Both the position numbers and the translations under genes were made by a program. The notes below the pieces were generated by a model. The model ran no database searches. It was not told the DNA's origin and saw only the letters and a list, made by a program, of their open reading frames with translations. Shown here piece by piece: positions 19,639 to 30,288 of a stretch of 64,000 nt of DNA; position 1 is the first letter of the stretch, and every line of letters begins with the position of its first letter. The DNA comes from Deltaproteobacteria bacterium (GTDB lineage Bacteria; Bdellovibrionota_F; JAHFAK01): NCBI GenBank assembly GCA_023250585.1, contig JAHFAK010000001.1, forward strand, positions 232 to 64,231, given 5' to 3'.

Positions 19639-21098
19639 TCAAAAACTCTCTTCGTTAAGTCTAGCCAATCCTTATATGCACGCTTTCTACTAAATCCATT
19701 GCGAGTTATCCCGCGTAGCATAGTCACAATAAAAACATAACATAAAGAACCACAAATAAATGCAGGAACATAATGCATAGAAGATTTAATACTCATCATA
19801 ACAACACTCATACAAACACCCGCGCCAAGACCTCTCATTACATTTTTAAGAGCACGATTGATCGAGAAAGGGATAATGTGTGAAGAAAGATAAAGCCCCA
19901 CTCCAAAAAATAAACAGTAACTTATGAGACACGAAACGGCTATCCCAATAACCCCAAAAAAAGGAATGAAGATAACAGTCAAAATTATGTTGAGGATCAT
20001 CGTGATACCTAAGAGTATTGTATGTATAACCTGACGATTACATGCATCAAGAAGACGCCCAATTGGCTGACTTAAAAATAATGGGACAAGAGCAATAGCA
20101 AGTAGCTTCAGTGTAGAGATCGATTCATTATATTCATTACTGAACACTAGGTGAATAATTTCCTCTGAAAAAATTGAAATGACGAGTGAAAAATATACAC
20201 ATATAATGAGTATCAATTCAAAAAATAAATCAAATGTTCTCTCTAACTTTTCTTGAGCAGTATTATAAAATGAACTAAACAGTGGAAAGATTACAGCTTC
20301 TAAAGCACCTGGAATAAAACGAAGAACGCCTACAATACAAGAAGCTGCTCCAAATAATCCCACGATTCTATCACTAGTAAAATATTTCAGTATAAACGTA
20401 TCTGCATAGATCAATTGCCCAAAAAATACCGCAATCATAAAAGGAATCGCTATCTTGGTTAAGGAAAAAATAAGATTCTTTTGAAAAATAAATCTAGGAA
20501 AGATAGCAAGCTCTCGATACAACGTATGGAATGAATACATGAAATGATACAGTTGGTTTAGTAATAGTGCTAAAACTAAAATATAGAGTGATGGATACAG
20601 TAACAATGAAAGCCCTCCAATAACAAGGGTAATCATTTGGCCAATAATATGGGCTCGAGCCTCGAATTTCATTTTTTGATACACTCGTAGACAGCCATAA
20701 AAAGTATCCGCAAAAGATTCAAACGTTATTGTTGCCATAAGCATTATTAACCAATGTTTTGTCGCTACAGGATAGCCCAATATCGTAACAAGTACTAGCC
20801 CCGAGACAAACATTATTACGGTAAAAAGTATTTTTACCGTAATAATGTTTGAAAGATATATCTCTAATTTTTCAGGTGATTTTGAACCTTCACGAATTAA
20901 GGTACTGGAAAGCCCAAAATCATGAAGCGCCGTGATTATTACTGCAAATGAAATGAGCCAAAAATAAAATCCCGTAGTCCAAATATCAGCATATCGAATA
21001 ACCAGGATAAAATAAATAAAGGTAATTACTTTTCTTCCAAAATAAGCTCCCATCATGTTTGTTACGTTGCGGATAAGTTGTCCTGCTGAAACAGTCAT
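19635..21098 (-). CDS. Wzx-type polysaccharide/O-antigen flippase (MOP superfamily, PST family)
   Basis: 487 aa, about 12-14 TM helices. N-terminal region typical of Polysacc_synt proteins. Confidence 0.6.
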   Translation of the reverse strand: MTVSAGQLIRNVTNMMGAYFGRKVITFIYFILVIRYADIWTTGFYFWLISFAVIITALHDFGLSSTLIREGSKSPEKLEIYLSNIITVKILFTVIMFVSGLVLVTILGYPVATKHWLIMLMATITFESFADTFYGCLRVYQKMKFEARAHIIGQMITLVIGGLSLLLYPSLYILVLALLLNQLYHFMYSFHTLYRELAIFPRFIFQKNLIFSLTKIAIPFMIAVFFGQLIYADTFILKYFTSDRIVGLFGAASCIVGVLRFIPGALEAVIFPLFSSFYNTAQEKLERTFDLFFELILIICVYFSLVISIFSEEIIHLVFSNEYNESISTLKLLAIALVPLFLSQPIGRLLDACNRQVIHTILLGITMILNIILTVIFIPFFGVIGIAVSCLISYCLFFGVGLYLSSHIIPFSINRALKNVMRGLGAGVCMSVVMMSIKSSMHYVPAFICGSLCYVFIVTMLRGITRNGFSRKRAYKDWLDLTKRVFE

Positions 21099-21110
21099 AA
21101 GTATATTTTT

Positions 21111-22169
21111 CTAAATTTTAAGAGCAGCTTGTTTACGTGCATAATATTTCTGTTGTAACGCTTTCAGAAGGCCATAAACCGATCCTAAACCATAACTTAC
21201 ATGAAGCGAAAAAAATATACCCGGCATTAAAAAAAAGTAAAGAAGATTCCTCGTTGTTACTGCTCTTTTAAAAGAAAAATAGAGAGTGCAAAAACAGTAG
21301 AGTCCAAAAACAGACAAAAAAATAAAACAACACACATTACTTACTACCGAAAGAAGAATAAATAATACAAAAAATAATACAAAAAATACAGGAACGAGAT
21401 GACGAATGGAAAAATCTGCATTATCTGAACCTAGAGGAAATGTAACAAGAACTCCATTGTTAAAGTTATGGATTAAAAATTCTCGTAAGGTCCCACGAGC
21501 AAAATAAAAACTCTCTATTTTTGGCACAAGAATAATCTTTCCTCCTCGCATTCTAATCCGACTATTTAGCTCAAAATCTTCATTACATCGGCCATGCCAT
21601 TTTGGTAACTGTTCATTATACATTCCTATTTCATCAAATAATTTTTTTCTAAAACATCCAAAAGGAACCGTATCAACTGCTCGAGGGGTTTCATTGTTCC
21701 TTGCTGTTCTAAAACCTCGAGGGCCAACTCCAAAAGGATGAGCCAGAGCTATAGCAATTGACTGCGCGATCAAGGTATTCTTTACAGGAAAAGTCTTTAC
21801 AATTCCGCCCACATTATCTGCATTATACTTTTCGAGATTCGCAATACATTGTGGAATATATTCTTTTGGATAGACGGCGTGCGCATCAATCCGGATAATA
21901 ATATCACCTTGCGCTGCCTGTATTCCTTTATTAAGAGCAGCAGGGGTGAACTTCTTTGGATTGTCTAACAATTTAATGAAAGGATATTTTTTTTGATACT
22001 GTTTTACAATCTGTATTGTTCTATCTTCACTATGTCCATCGACGACAATGATTTCAATGAGATTAATTAGGTAATCGGTATCAATGAGCGAATCAAGACA
22101 TTTTCCAATAAAATATTCTTCATTCAAACAAGGAATAATAACAGAAACCTTTTGATGAGGTACACTCAT
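21111..22169 (-). CDS. GT2-family glycosyltransferase with C-terminal membrane anchor
   Basis: VSVIIPCLNEEYFIGKCLDSL, DxD-like IVVDGHSEDRT, and three C-terminal TM helices. Confidence 0.8.
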   Translation of the reverse strand: MSVPHQKVSVIIPCLNEEYFIGKCLDSLIDTDYLINLIEIIVVDGHSEDRTIQIVKQYQKKYPFIKLLDNPKKFTPAALNKGIQAAQGDIIIRIDAHAVYPKEYIPQCIANLEKYNADNVGGIVKTFPVKNTLIAQSIAIALAHPFGVGPRGFRTARNNETPRAVDTVPFGCFRKKLFDEIGMYNEQLPKWHGRCNEDFELNSRIRMRGGKIILVPKIESFYFARGTLREFLIHNFNNGVLVTFPLGSDNADFSIRHLVPVFFVLFFVLFILLSVVSNVCCFIFLSVFGLYCFCTLYFSFKRAVTTRNLLYFFLMPGIFFSLHVSYGLGSVYGLLKALQQKYYARKQAALKI

Positions 22170-22891
22170 AAATTCAAATAATGAACATTCCTTTCAGTAA
22201 ACGTAAGATCTTCGAGAGTATTGATCTCAAATAATGGTTTATTGGTAGCATCAAGAGAATAATAATCTATTTCTTTAATTGCTTCGTGTATTATGCCAAA
22301 ATAATGCTGATTTTTATCTCCATATTTTATACATTGTTTAATTTTATTCAGCAAAAATTGAGTACTATTTTTTGAAAATTTTGCAAAACCAAATGCCTTT
22401 GCAACACACTCTGATGAATATATATGTGCCATTTTTGTGATTCTATCTTTTGAAAGCGTTACATATTCCATCTTTCCGTTTGGGGTAAAATCTTTTTTAA
22501 TTGCAATTATATTTTCATGAGAACTTACAATAAGCTCTTGTAAAAGATCTGGAGCAAATACAATATCACAATTCAAATGAATATAACTTTCACCCTGTAT
22601 CCAATCACGTGCTAACCATACAGAGAAAGAACTATTACTCGTTGCAAACTCTCTATTCCAGATGTAGTGAATGTGGATCTGAGGAAATTCTTCCTGCATA
22701 AAATGCTGAATTAGTTCTCCATGATATCCAAGAACAATCGCAATATCTTTAATGTCATTTGCTATTACAGATCGTATTTGATAATCTAATATTGGTTTTC
22801 CACCAACAGGTGTTAGAGCTTTTGGCCGATCGGCTGTTATGTATTTTAATCGTGATCCCAGACCAGCAGCAAGGATAAGTGCTTTTGACAT
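22166..22891 (-). CDS. sugar-phosphate / phospho-alcohol nucleotidyltransferase (NTP_transferase family; LicC/IspD-like size)
   Basis: MSKALILAAGLGSRLKYITADRPKALTPVGGKPILDYQI, i.e. the G-x-G-x-R-L ... K nucleotide-binding signature. 241 aa. Confidence 0.7.
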   Translation of the reverse strand: MSKALILAAGLGSRLKYITADRPKALTPVGGKPILDYQIRSVIANDIKDIAIVLGYHGELIQHFMQEEFPQIHIHYIWNREFATSNSSFSVWLARDWIQGESYIHLNCDIVFAPDLLQELIVSSHENIIAIKKDFTPNGKMEYVTLSKDRITKMAHIYSSECVAKAFGFAKFSKNSTQFLLNKIKQCIKYGDKNQHYFGIIHEAIKEIDYYSLDATNKPLFEINTLEDLTFTERNVHYLNL

Positions 22892-22900
22892 ATTCTATTA

Positions 22901-24505
22901 TTAATTATGGCTTGTATTTGTATACGCAACGGTAGGAGGTTTTGTAACAGGAGATATTTCGGGCAGTTGTCTACGTCTAAAGATCATTCGATAAGCAGTA
23001 CGAAGTACTGATTCTATCCTCGTTTCATCAGGTCTTCCCATAATAATATTGTAGAGAGCTTTAAAAAATCTCCACGGACGTAAACTATAGCTCACAATAT
23101 AAAATGAGATCAGTCCAAAGAATTTATATCGATGGAGCGCTCTACTTGAAATATGTAGAGACCATGAAACTGTCTTTTTTACAGTAGATGTCGAAGCTAA
23201 GGACCAAAGATATTCATCGTTATACTCCGGAATACGTCCGGAGGTTCGTAATTGATGAAAAAGTTCAGAACCTGGATATGGAATAAATCCCGTAATAGTG
23301 ATATCCTGAACACCAATTACTGCTAATTCCCAAATAAACCATATAGTTTCCCATATCTCACTATGTTTTTCTTCAGGAAATCCTATAATGATGTTTGCTT
23401 TTACTACAATTCCGCTCCGAAGACTGCTTCTCATTGAACGCTTCATTTTTTTGAGATCAACGGCCTTTTTGATTCTTTTTAGCACTCTAGGTGATCCACT
23501 CTCGGGAGCATAATAAATCGTGCGACATCCTGTGCGGTAAAGAAGGTCCGCTACTTCTTCGTCAATTGCTTCACTACGAGTTCCATTGGGAAATTGATAG
23601 GTAATATCGAGTTTTCTTTCTAATATTGACTTACAATACTCTATTATCCAACTCCGCTTTGTTACCATAGTCAGATCACAGAATCCAAAATTTTGGACTC
23701 CATATAGTTTGTTGTAATGCTCCATTTCATCAAGAATCTTTCTAGGGTCTCTCGTTAAATACGTCGTAGTCCACATTTGAGGACTTGAACAAAAGGTACA
23801 TTGAAAAGGACACCCTCGTGTAGCAAGAAAAGGAAGACTCCGGCGACCCTGGACCCCATGGCCAAAACCATTATCTAAGTACGCTGAAAGCGGGAAAAGA
23901 TCCCATGATGGAGGAGGAATATCATCCACCTTTTGGATACGGAGTGCCCGTAAGTTACGATCAACAGAACCTTGTGTAGGAATATGCCGAACTGGATTTT
24001 TTTGAGAAAGAATTGCTCCCGTTTCAGGCACAGGCTTACCATTATCTAGCAAGGAAATAAGACTTAAAAATGAAAATTCTCCTTCACCAATTATGCAATA
24101 ATCTATCTCAGGATTTTCTTCAAGTGTTATCTGAGCGGTAGCGGTCACATGTTCACCTCCAACGACAATTGGTCGATCTGGAAAATTTTTACGAATTTTT
24201 TTGATGAGATCTCGAGCAATTGGCCATTCATGAGAAAACATACATGAGATTCCAAAATAATCAGTTTTTGGATTGAGCCGCTCCAAAACTTCATCGAGTG
24301 TAAGACCGTGAGCAAAATATTTTCCTTCATGAACAGGATAAATTTGAAAGATTGATTCTCCTACTGAATCAATTGCATCTACAATGTGATCTTCTTTTTG
24401 GAGACAGGCAGCAAGATATGCAAGACCTAGAGGTGGAACACAAGACCGCGAAGGAACAGCCCTTACTACAACCATTGGTGGTCGTATCAGTGTAATATAA
24501 CTCAT
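22901..24505 (-). CDS. B12-binding domain radical SAM enzyme (class B radical SAM family)
   Basis: N-terminal cobalamin-binding region RPPMVVVRAVPSRSCVPPLGLAYLAACL and radical-SAM cluster ATRGCPFQCTFCSSPQMW (CxxxCxxC). Confidence 0.85.
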   Translation of the reverse strand: MSYITLIRPPMVVVRAVPSRSCVPPLGLAYLAACLQKEDHIVDAIDSVGESIFQIYPVHEGKYFAHGLTLDEVLERLNPKTDYFGISCMFSHEWPIARDLIKKIRKNFPDRPIVVGGEHVTATAQITLEENPEIDYCIIGEGEFSFLSLISLLDNGKPVPETGAILSQKNPVRHIPTQGSVDRNLRALRIQKVDDIPPPSWDLFPLSAYLDNGFGHGVQGRRSLPFLATRGCPFQCTFCSSPQMWTTTYLTRDPRKILDEMEHYNKLYGVQNFGFCDLTMVTKRSWIIEYCKSILERKLDITYQFPNGTRSEAIDEEVADLLYRTGCRTIYYAPESGSPRVLKRIKKAVDLKKMKRSMRSSLRSGIVVKANIIIGFPEEKHSEIWETIWFIWELAVIGVQDITITGFIPYPGSELFHQLRTSGRIPEYNDEYLWSLASTSTVKKTVSWSLHISSRALHRYKFFGLISFYIVSYSLRPWRFFKALYNIIMGRPDETRIESVLRTAYRMIFRRRQLPEISPVTKPPTVAYTNTSHN

Positions 24506-24540
24506 ATACTATTATTGTATATACTCTTAAAAAATTCTTA

Positions 24541-25464
24541 TCAAGAAACTTGTTTTTGTAGAATCAAATGAAGTCCATCTTGTTTTCGCTTTGCTCTCTC
24601 TAGCGCAATATCAATAACATCTTTTGCCGAAAACGAATTCTTATGAACTGGAATATTAATTGGCTTATAGTAATATCCTAATGCTCCTAACCACTCCAAA
24701 AGATTTTTTGCACTAGTACCAAATCTTTCTAAACCTGGTGGCCAAAATTCCATAATAATGGTCGGACTGCTTTTTTGCAAAAGTCTTTTTGCTCCTTCTA
24801 ATACCAAACCTTCTGCTCCTTGAATATTCATCTTGAGTACATCCAATTTCATAGTACCAACATGCTGATCAAAATAATCGTCAAGTCTTACTGAGTTGAC
24901 TGAATATTCTCTATACTCGTTTTCATCTCTTTCATTATCTTTACCGTGACTTTTGAGGGATGAAGATAAATTTTCTCGAGAAAGAGAACCTGCAGAAGTA
25001 AAATTGTTGTTTGCATATAAAGTTTGATAACCATTCGAGTTAGAAACTGCCATTTCTAATAGTGAAACGTTTTTATGAGTATTCGCCTCAACATTTTTCT
25101 TGAGGATTGCAAAACACTGAGGATCTGGTTCAAATGCATATACATGTCCTGTTTTACCCACTTGTTCAGCAGCTATTAGAGTGAGATGACCTATATTGGC
25201 ACCGATATCCGCTACAAACATGCCTGGTGAAATAGTCTTACTAAAATAATCGGTTATTGGCTTCACATGATCACCAAAAACAAGCAGACGGCGAGAAACA
25301 CCTAAATCAGTTGGAATAAGAAAAATTCTTTGCCCATGAAATTCCACTGATGGATTTTTTCCCAAGGTACGAATAAATATTAGATATGCCGAACTATAGA
25401 ATGAAAGAAACCCCGGGATTTTACCTATTCCCATTTTTTTAAGAAAACGAAAAAAATTTCTCAT
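24541..25464 (-). CDS. FkbM-family SAM-dependent methyltransferase
   Basis: MFVADIGANIGHLTLIAAEQ...VYAFEP is the Methyltransf_21/FkbM motif. Confidence 0.7.
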   Translation of the reverse strand: MRNFFRFLKKMGIGKIPGFLSFYSSAYLIFIRTLGKNPSVEFHGQRIFLIPTDLGVSRRLLVFGDHVKPITDYFSKTISPGMFVADIGANIGHLTLIAAEQVGKTGHVYAFEPDPQCFAILKKNVEANTHKNVSLLEMAVSNSNGYQTLYANNNFTSAGSLSRENLSSSLKSHGKDNERDENEYREYSVNSVRLDDYFDQHVGTMKLDVLKMNIQGAEGLVLEGAKRLLQKSSPTIIMEFWPPGLERFGTSAKNLLEWLGALGYYYKPINIPVHKNSFSAKDVIDIALERAKRKQDGLHLILQKQVS

Positions 25465-26849
25465 ACTCCTCCTCTTTGTGTATGTACTTCAATCCATTCT
25501 CCATTTTCATGACACTTGAAAAAGGTAAGTGGCTTGATTGATTGACATAAACTTTTGCCTGTTGTTGAGTCAAATCGAAGGCCATGCCAAGGACATAGTA
25601 TTGTTGAATCTTTAATAATTCCAGTAGCAAGATCTGCTCCCTCGTGAGGACAGAAACGATTAAATGCCATAACTCGATCATCGTATCGAGCAACGCAAAT
25701 TGAATCACTTAAAGGTCTAGTCTCATTATGCACAAGATCGGTTGAACGGAATACTATAATTGAAGGATCATTCCCCGAACGCGTTTTGAGATACTGATTT
25801 TTGCTCAGAGGTATTTCTGTTGCAGGAGGAATTATGCCTCGTTTAAAACCTTTGCTTCGGGCTAAGAAAAAACGAGGGTGAGGAAATCTCTGAACTTTGG
25901 CTTTCATCCTATGATTATGCGAAAAAAATTTCACTCGCCGAAAATCGTAATAACAGAAGTTCTTATAGTAATCAGGTTTTTCAAACGTCATTCTCATGCT
26001 GATAATTAAACGTGTTTTATCTGTTTGATTAATAGTTGAAGCATGAATTTGGTCTGCCATGAATAATAAAACATCTCCAGGCTCTAAATTAAACGTAATT
26101 CCTCTACCTAAATGATAATGAGGATCTATCTCTTGTTTTTCATTACAGGCAAGCTGTTTGCCCCACATGGTTGGATAAAATGTCAAACCATTAAATTCAG
26201 AGACATGTCCAATGGCACACCAAAGATTTACAGTATTAAATGCATGAAAAAACCAGGAATCCTGATGAGGCCCGTGAAGGGTTACTTTACCACGACCAAT
26301 TGTTTTTGCTAAATGCCGGAGACTTACTAACTCACGAGACATAACATCATATGGATACATCATTCGTATATTTGGGCCTGTCTCTACATAAAACGGAGTT
26401 CTCCTTGCCAAAGTAAAAAAATTAAACCGTGCCATAATATTGAGGGCAAGCTCGGGAATTACTTTTTCGGTTTCCTCATAAAATTTGCTAAGGCTTTTGG
26501 CAGGTAAAACTTCATGAATTTTTTCTATACCGTGTTTTTTAACATAACTTACAGCGCCTTCATTACAAACGATCATGAGTGCTCGCAAGATTTCAGCAAC
26601 AACGGTATCGTGCATTGCAATATTTTGAAGACACCGGCGGATCACAACGATTTCACCATGTTTAATCCGCTCAATTATTTCTTGAGAAGAAATTAATTCC
26701 ATTGTATCGAAGTTATGTGACTCTAGTAAAACCACGCCTTGAAAATCACGAACATCCCAAGAAAAAACATTAATCTTTTTCAGAAAATAACGTCTCAAAT
26801 ATGCAGGCATTTGTTGTAAACTCATATTATCGTAAAAAAACCTTTTCAA
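25461..26849 (-). CDS. fusion protein: PhyH-like Fe(II)/2-oxoglutarate-type oxygenase domain + C-terminal Rieske [2Fe-2S] domain
   Basis: HGPHQDSWFF (HxD facial-triad motif) and distal IHASTINQTDKTRLIISMRM (H...N-S...R as in PhyH). C-terminal CPHEGADLATGIIKDSTILCPWH is an exact CxH-x16-CxxH Rieske site. Confidence 0.6.
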   Translation of the reverse strand: MKRFFYDNMSLQQMPAYLRRYFLKKINVFSWDVRDFQGVVLLESHNFDTMELISSQEIIERIKHGEIVVIRRCLQNIAMHDTVVAEILRALMIVCNEGAVSYVKKHGIEKIHEVLPAKSLSKFYEETEKVIPELALNIMARFNFFTLARRTPFYVETGPNIRMMYPYDVMSRELVSLRHLAKTIGRGKVTLHGPHQDSWFFHAFNTVNLWCAIGHVSEFNGLTFYPTMWGKQLACNEKQEIDPHYHLGRGITFNLEPGDVLLFMADQIHASTINQTDKTRLIISMRMTFEKPDYYKNFCYYDFRRVKFFSHNHRMKAKVQRFPHPRFFLARSKGFKRGIIPPATEIPLSKNQYLKTRSGNDPSIIVFRSTDLVHNETRPLSDSICVARYDDRVMAFNRFCPHEGADLATGIIKDSTILCPWHGLRFDSTTGKSLCQSIKPLTFFKCHENGEWIEVHTQRGGV

Positions 26850-28395
26850 AAGGATCTTTAAAAATTTTATTAAACAACTTACTGATAAGCGCCTTAAGAG
26901 ATGCCTCCATACGAGACTCTTCTTTTTTTCCCATCACAATATTAAACAGGGGTTTGAAAAATCTTTGTGGACGTCTCACAAAGCTCACTGAATAAAAAAG
27001 CAGAAGACCAAAAATACGATACAAAGCTAGCTCTCTATGAGAAATATCATCCGACCATGATACTGATTTTGAAATATTTGAGGTTGTTGCTAAAGACCAG
27101 AAATACTCATCATGGTATTCGGGTAAACGTCCTGTAGCTCTTAAGTGATCATAGATTTCAGTTCCTGGATATGGAATATATCCTGAGATAGTTGTTTCAT
27201 GTACTCCCAACCATGCTATTTCTACTAAAAACTTCATTGTCTGCCATACTTCTCTATGCGTTTCTCCAGGAAAACCTAATATAGTATTACTCTTGATTAC
27301 CATGCCTTTTTTAAGACATCCTTTCATTGATTTTTTCATAGAATGAAGGTTCACCTTCTTTTTTATTCTCGCAAGTACTGTAGGCGACCCACTTTCTGGG
27401 GCATAATTTAAATTACGGCACCCTGATGTATAAAGAAGTTCTGCAACTTCTTCATCAATCGCTTCTGACCGTGTACCACTAGGCAGTTGCCAGGTAAATT
27501 GGTGTTTTCTTTTAAGAATAAGATTGCAAAATTCTACAATCCAATTTTTCTTAACAATTGCCGTGAGGTCATAAAAACTAAAATTTTCTGCTTTATACCG
27601 ATCAAGATACAATTCCATTTCTGATAAAACTTTTTCAGGTTTTCGTGCAACCCATCGGGTACTCCACATTTGAGGACTAGAACAAAAAGTACATTGATAC
27701 GGGCATCCACGTGTGGCAAGCATCGGCATATTTCGACCACGATTAACGCCGTAACCAAAGTTGTGGTCAAGATATTCTTCTAATCGAATAAGATCCCATG
27801 CAGGTAGGGGTATATCATCAATATCATGTACTCGAAGATTAAAGAGATATTTATCAACGGGACCGGAGCGATGTGGCTTTATAGGATTTGATTTTGTAAT
27901 AACAGCAGGAAGCCCTTCTCCGTTTTCACCTAAAGATAAAGCGCCTACAAGTCGAGTAAAATGCAACTCCCCCTCTCCTAATACACATGCATCGACTTCT
28001 TGAAAATTTTTTAAAATCCATGAAGCAGTAGCCGTTACATGTTCTCCCCCACAAATGATAGGCTTATGAGGGAATCGAAGCTTTAACTTTTTAATGACCT
28101 GATACGCAAGAGGCCACTCTACGGAGAACATAGCTGAAACACCAATGATATCGAAATTATCATCAACCCTTTCAACAATTTCATCAGGGGTAAGACCATG
28201 AATAATATGACGCCCATTATTAATAGGTGTCATTTGAAATATTGATTCTCCAACTGCATCGATAATTTTAACCTCATGTCCTGCTTCTCGTAAACTTGAT
28301 GCAATATACCCAAGCCCAAGTGGTGGACACGTGGATCGAGACTGAACAAGTCTCACAACAATCATTGGAGGACGAATTAAGATAACTCGACTCAT
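26827..28395 (-). CDS. B12-binding domain radical SAM enzyme, paralogue of 22901..24505
   Basis: RPPMIVVRLVQSRSTCPPLGLGYIASSL and ATRGCPYQCTFCSSPQMW. Collinear with the other copy over its whole length. Confidence 0.85.
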   Translation of the reverse strand: MSRVILIRPPMIVVRLVQSRSTCPPLGLGYIASSLREAGHEVKIIDAVGESIFQMTPINNGRHIIHGLTPDEIVERVDDNFDIIGVSAMFSVEWPLAYQVIKKLKLRFPHKPIICGGEHVTATASWILKNFQEVDACVLGEGELHFTRLVGALSLGENGEGLPAVITKSNPIKPHRSGPVDKYLFNLRVHDIDDIPLPAWDLIRLEEYLDHNFGYGVNRGRNMPMLATRGCPYQCTFCSSPQMWSTRWVARKPEKVLSEMELYLDRYKAENFSFYDLTAIVKKNWIVEFCNLILKRKHQFTWQLPSGTRSEAIDEEVAELLYTSGCRNLNYAPESGSPTVLARIKKKVNLHSMKKSMKGCLKKGMVIKSNTILGFPGETHREVWQTMKFLVEIAWLGVHETTISGYIPYPGTEIYDHLRATGRLPEYHDEYFWSLATTSNISKSVSWSDDISHRELALYRIFGLLLFYSVSFVRRPQRFFKPLFNIVMGKKEESRMEASLKALISKLFNKIFKDPFEKVFLR

Positions 28396-29147
28396 TAGTC
28401 AGTTCTTCCTATATGATACCCGCCATCGACGGGTAATGTTACGCCCGTAATCCACGAAGAATCATCGGAAAGTAAAAAAAGTACTGCGCGAGCAATATCA
28501 TGTATTGAACCAAATCTTCCTAAAGCATGACTCTTTTTCAGTGCTTCATGTTCGTCATCTGATAATGCTGATAGATAATTTTCTACCAATGGAGTTTCTA
28601 CATACCCTGGGCAGACACAATTTGCTCTAATATTATGTTTAGCATAGTCAATAGCAATTGATTGAGTCAGCCCAACAAGACCCCATTTACTTGACATATA
28701 CGATGCACGTTCTTTCAGTGCACAAATTCCTGCAATAGATGAAATATTGACAATACTTCCCGCGCCTACCGAAATCATATGCTCAAGCGCTGCCTTAGAA
28801 CAATTAAACACTCCGGTGAGATTTGTCGCAATGGTTTTTTCCCAATCATCAAAACTGGTATTTCCAAGAACATTACGGGATGGGTTAATACCGGCGTTAT
28901 TCACAAGTCCAGTGACAGCATGCCCCTCTTTTTTAAGATGTTCAAAAAGTTTTGTAACATCTTCGGGAATGCTTATATCACATACATTGGTAATAAGTGA
29001 CGAAGATCTTTTGAGAGAAGCTAATTTTTCTTCTGTACGACCAATAGCATAAACAGTTGCTCCTTCATGTACAAGATCATAGGTAATTTGTTTTCCAATA
29101 CCTGAACCTGCACCGGTAACGACGATCGTTTTTTCTTTAAATCGCAT
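28395..29147 (-). CDS. short-chain dehydrogenase/reductase (classical SDR)
   Basis: TIVVTGAGSGIGK, NNAGIN, and the YMSSKWG catalytic YxxxK. Confidence 0.85.
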   Translation of the reverse strand: MRFKEKTIVVTGAGSGIGKQITYDLVHEGATVYAIGRTEEKLASLKRSSSLITNVCDISIPEDVTKLFEHLKKEGHAVTGLVNNAGINPSRNVLGNTSFDDWEKTIATNLTGVFNCSKAALEHMISVGAGSIVNISSIAGICALKERASYMSSKWGLVGLTQSIAIDYAKHNIRANCVCPGYVETPLVENYLSALSDDEHEALKKSHALGRFGSIHDIARAVLFLLSDDSSWITGVTLPVDGGYHIGRTD

Positions 29148-29149
29148 AA

Positions 29150-30274
29150 CTATACATCTTGTTTCAATTTATTCCAATGATCAATCCAAATATTATCATG
29201 AGTATCAAAAAAACGCGTTAGGAAATTTTTTACTCTATCTGGTTCTACCATATAAAAAGGTGAACCATTATTGTTATAGGGTAGTGCAATATCTTTAATA
29301 AGAACAAGACCTATTTTTTCGCTGGATGATTTTTTATCTCCTCGCATAAGCGCTGTTATAGCTTCTGCATCGATTCCTTGCTGAACTCGTCTATTAAGAG
29401 CTAAACGATTCATAAGTATAACAACATAATCTTTGAGTTCTGATGAAATTATACTCTGCTCTACACTAAAAGTAAGAGCCATCATGATACCAGCAGCGAT
29501 CGCATCTCCATGGCTTACCTCGTAATGAGAATATTTTTCAAGCGCATGGCCAAACGTATGCCCTAGATTGCTTGCTAATGGATCTTGTCGTCGTATCTTA
29601 ATTCTCACATTAATTGTTTCTCGTACAATTTCTATCATTACATCATCCGATGGTACTTCTTTATAGGCCATGAGAAGATCAAGAAGACGATGCGATCCGA
29701 GTAATCCATATTTAAATACCTCAGAAAATCCTTGTCTCATTTGATACGGTGAATTCGTATGAAGTAAGGTTACATTGTTGTATACAACACGAGGAAGATA
29801 GAGTGTGCCTAATAAATTTTTTGAGTACTCTGTATTAATACACGTTTTACCTGCAGTCGCTGCATCAGCTTGACCAATTAACGTCGTAGGAATCATCATA
29901 AGAGGAATGCCTCTCATATATACTGAAGCAAGAAATGAAATCGCATCAAGAATTGTTCCACCCCCAAGAGCAACAATTAAATCATCTCGCGAACATTTTA
30001 AATGAGCAAGATGATCAACTAAGAAAGCAAATGATCTAAGATCTTTTGATGCTTCTTCTGCTTTTAGAAATATAATCCCTTCTAAAGGAAAAAAATTGTG
30101 CAATTTTTTTTGTAAAGCGGGTAACCACGTATTTCTCAAAGCTTCGTCACAAAAGACAATCACTTTTCCGGGTTGTTTTGTAAGAATATTAAGCGTAAGT
30201 TCATCAAAGCTTTTTGTTTTATCAAGAATAAAACGCACTGTTTGTGTCTCAGTAACTGATTCTTCAAAAATCAT
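29150..30274 (-). CDS. 3-dehydroquinate-synthase-like sugar-phosphate cyclase superfamily enzyme
   Basis: GGGTILDAISFLASVYMRGIPLMMIPTTLIGQADAATAGKTCIN and HTFGHALE match the DHQS nucleotide and metal sites. Confidence 0.8.
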   Translation of the reverse strand: MIFEESVTETQTVRFILDKTKSFDELTLNILTKQPGKVIVFCDEALRNTWLPALQKKLHNFFPLEGIIFLKAEEASKDLRSFAFLVDHLAHLKCSRDDLIVALGGGTILDAISFLASVYMRGIPLMMIPTTLIGQADAATAGKTCINTEYSKNLLGTLYLPRVVYNNVTLLHTNSPYQMRQGFSEVFKYGLLGSHRLLDLLMAYKEVPSDDVMIEIVRETINVRIKIRRQDPLASNLGHTFGHALEKYSHYEVSHGDAIAAGIMMALTFSVEQSIISSELKDYVVILMNRLALNRRVQQGIDAEAITALMRGDKKSSSEKIGLVLIKDIALPYNNNGSPFYMVEPDRVKNFLTRFFDTHDNIWIDHWNKLKQDV

Positions 30275-30288
30275 ATTTTCTCATGATG

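Noticed and set aside
25439-25708. 89-aa minus-strand ORF overlapping the 3' end of the oxygenase-Rieske gene
   Set aside because: Out-of-frame overlap with a much longer, motif-supported ORF. Judged spurious.
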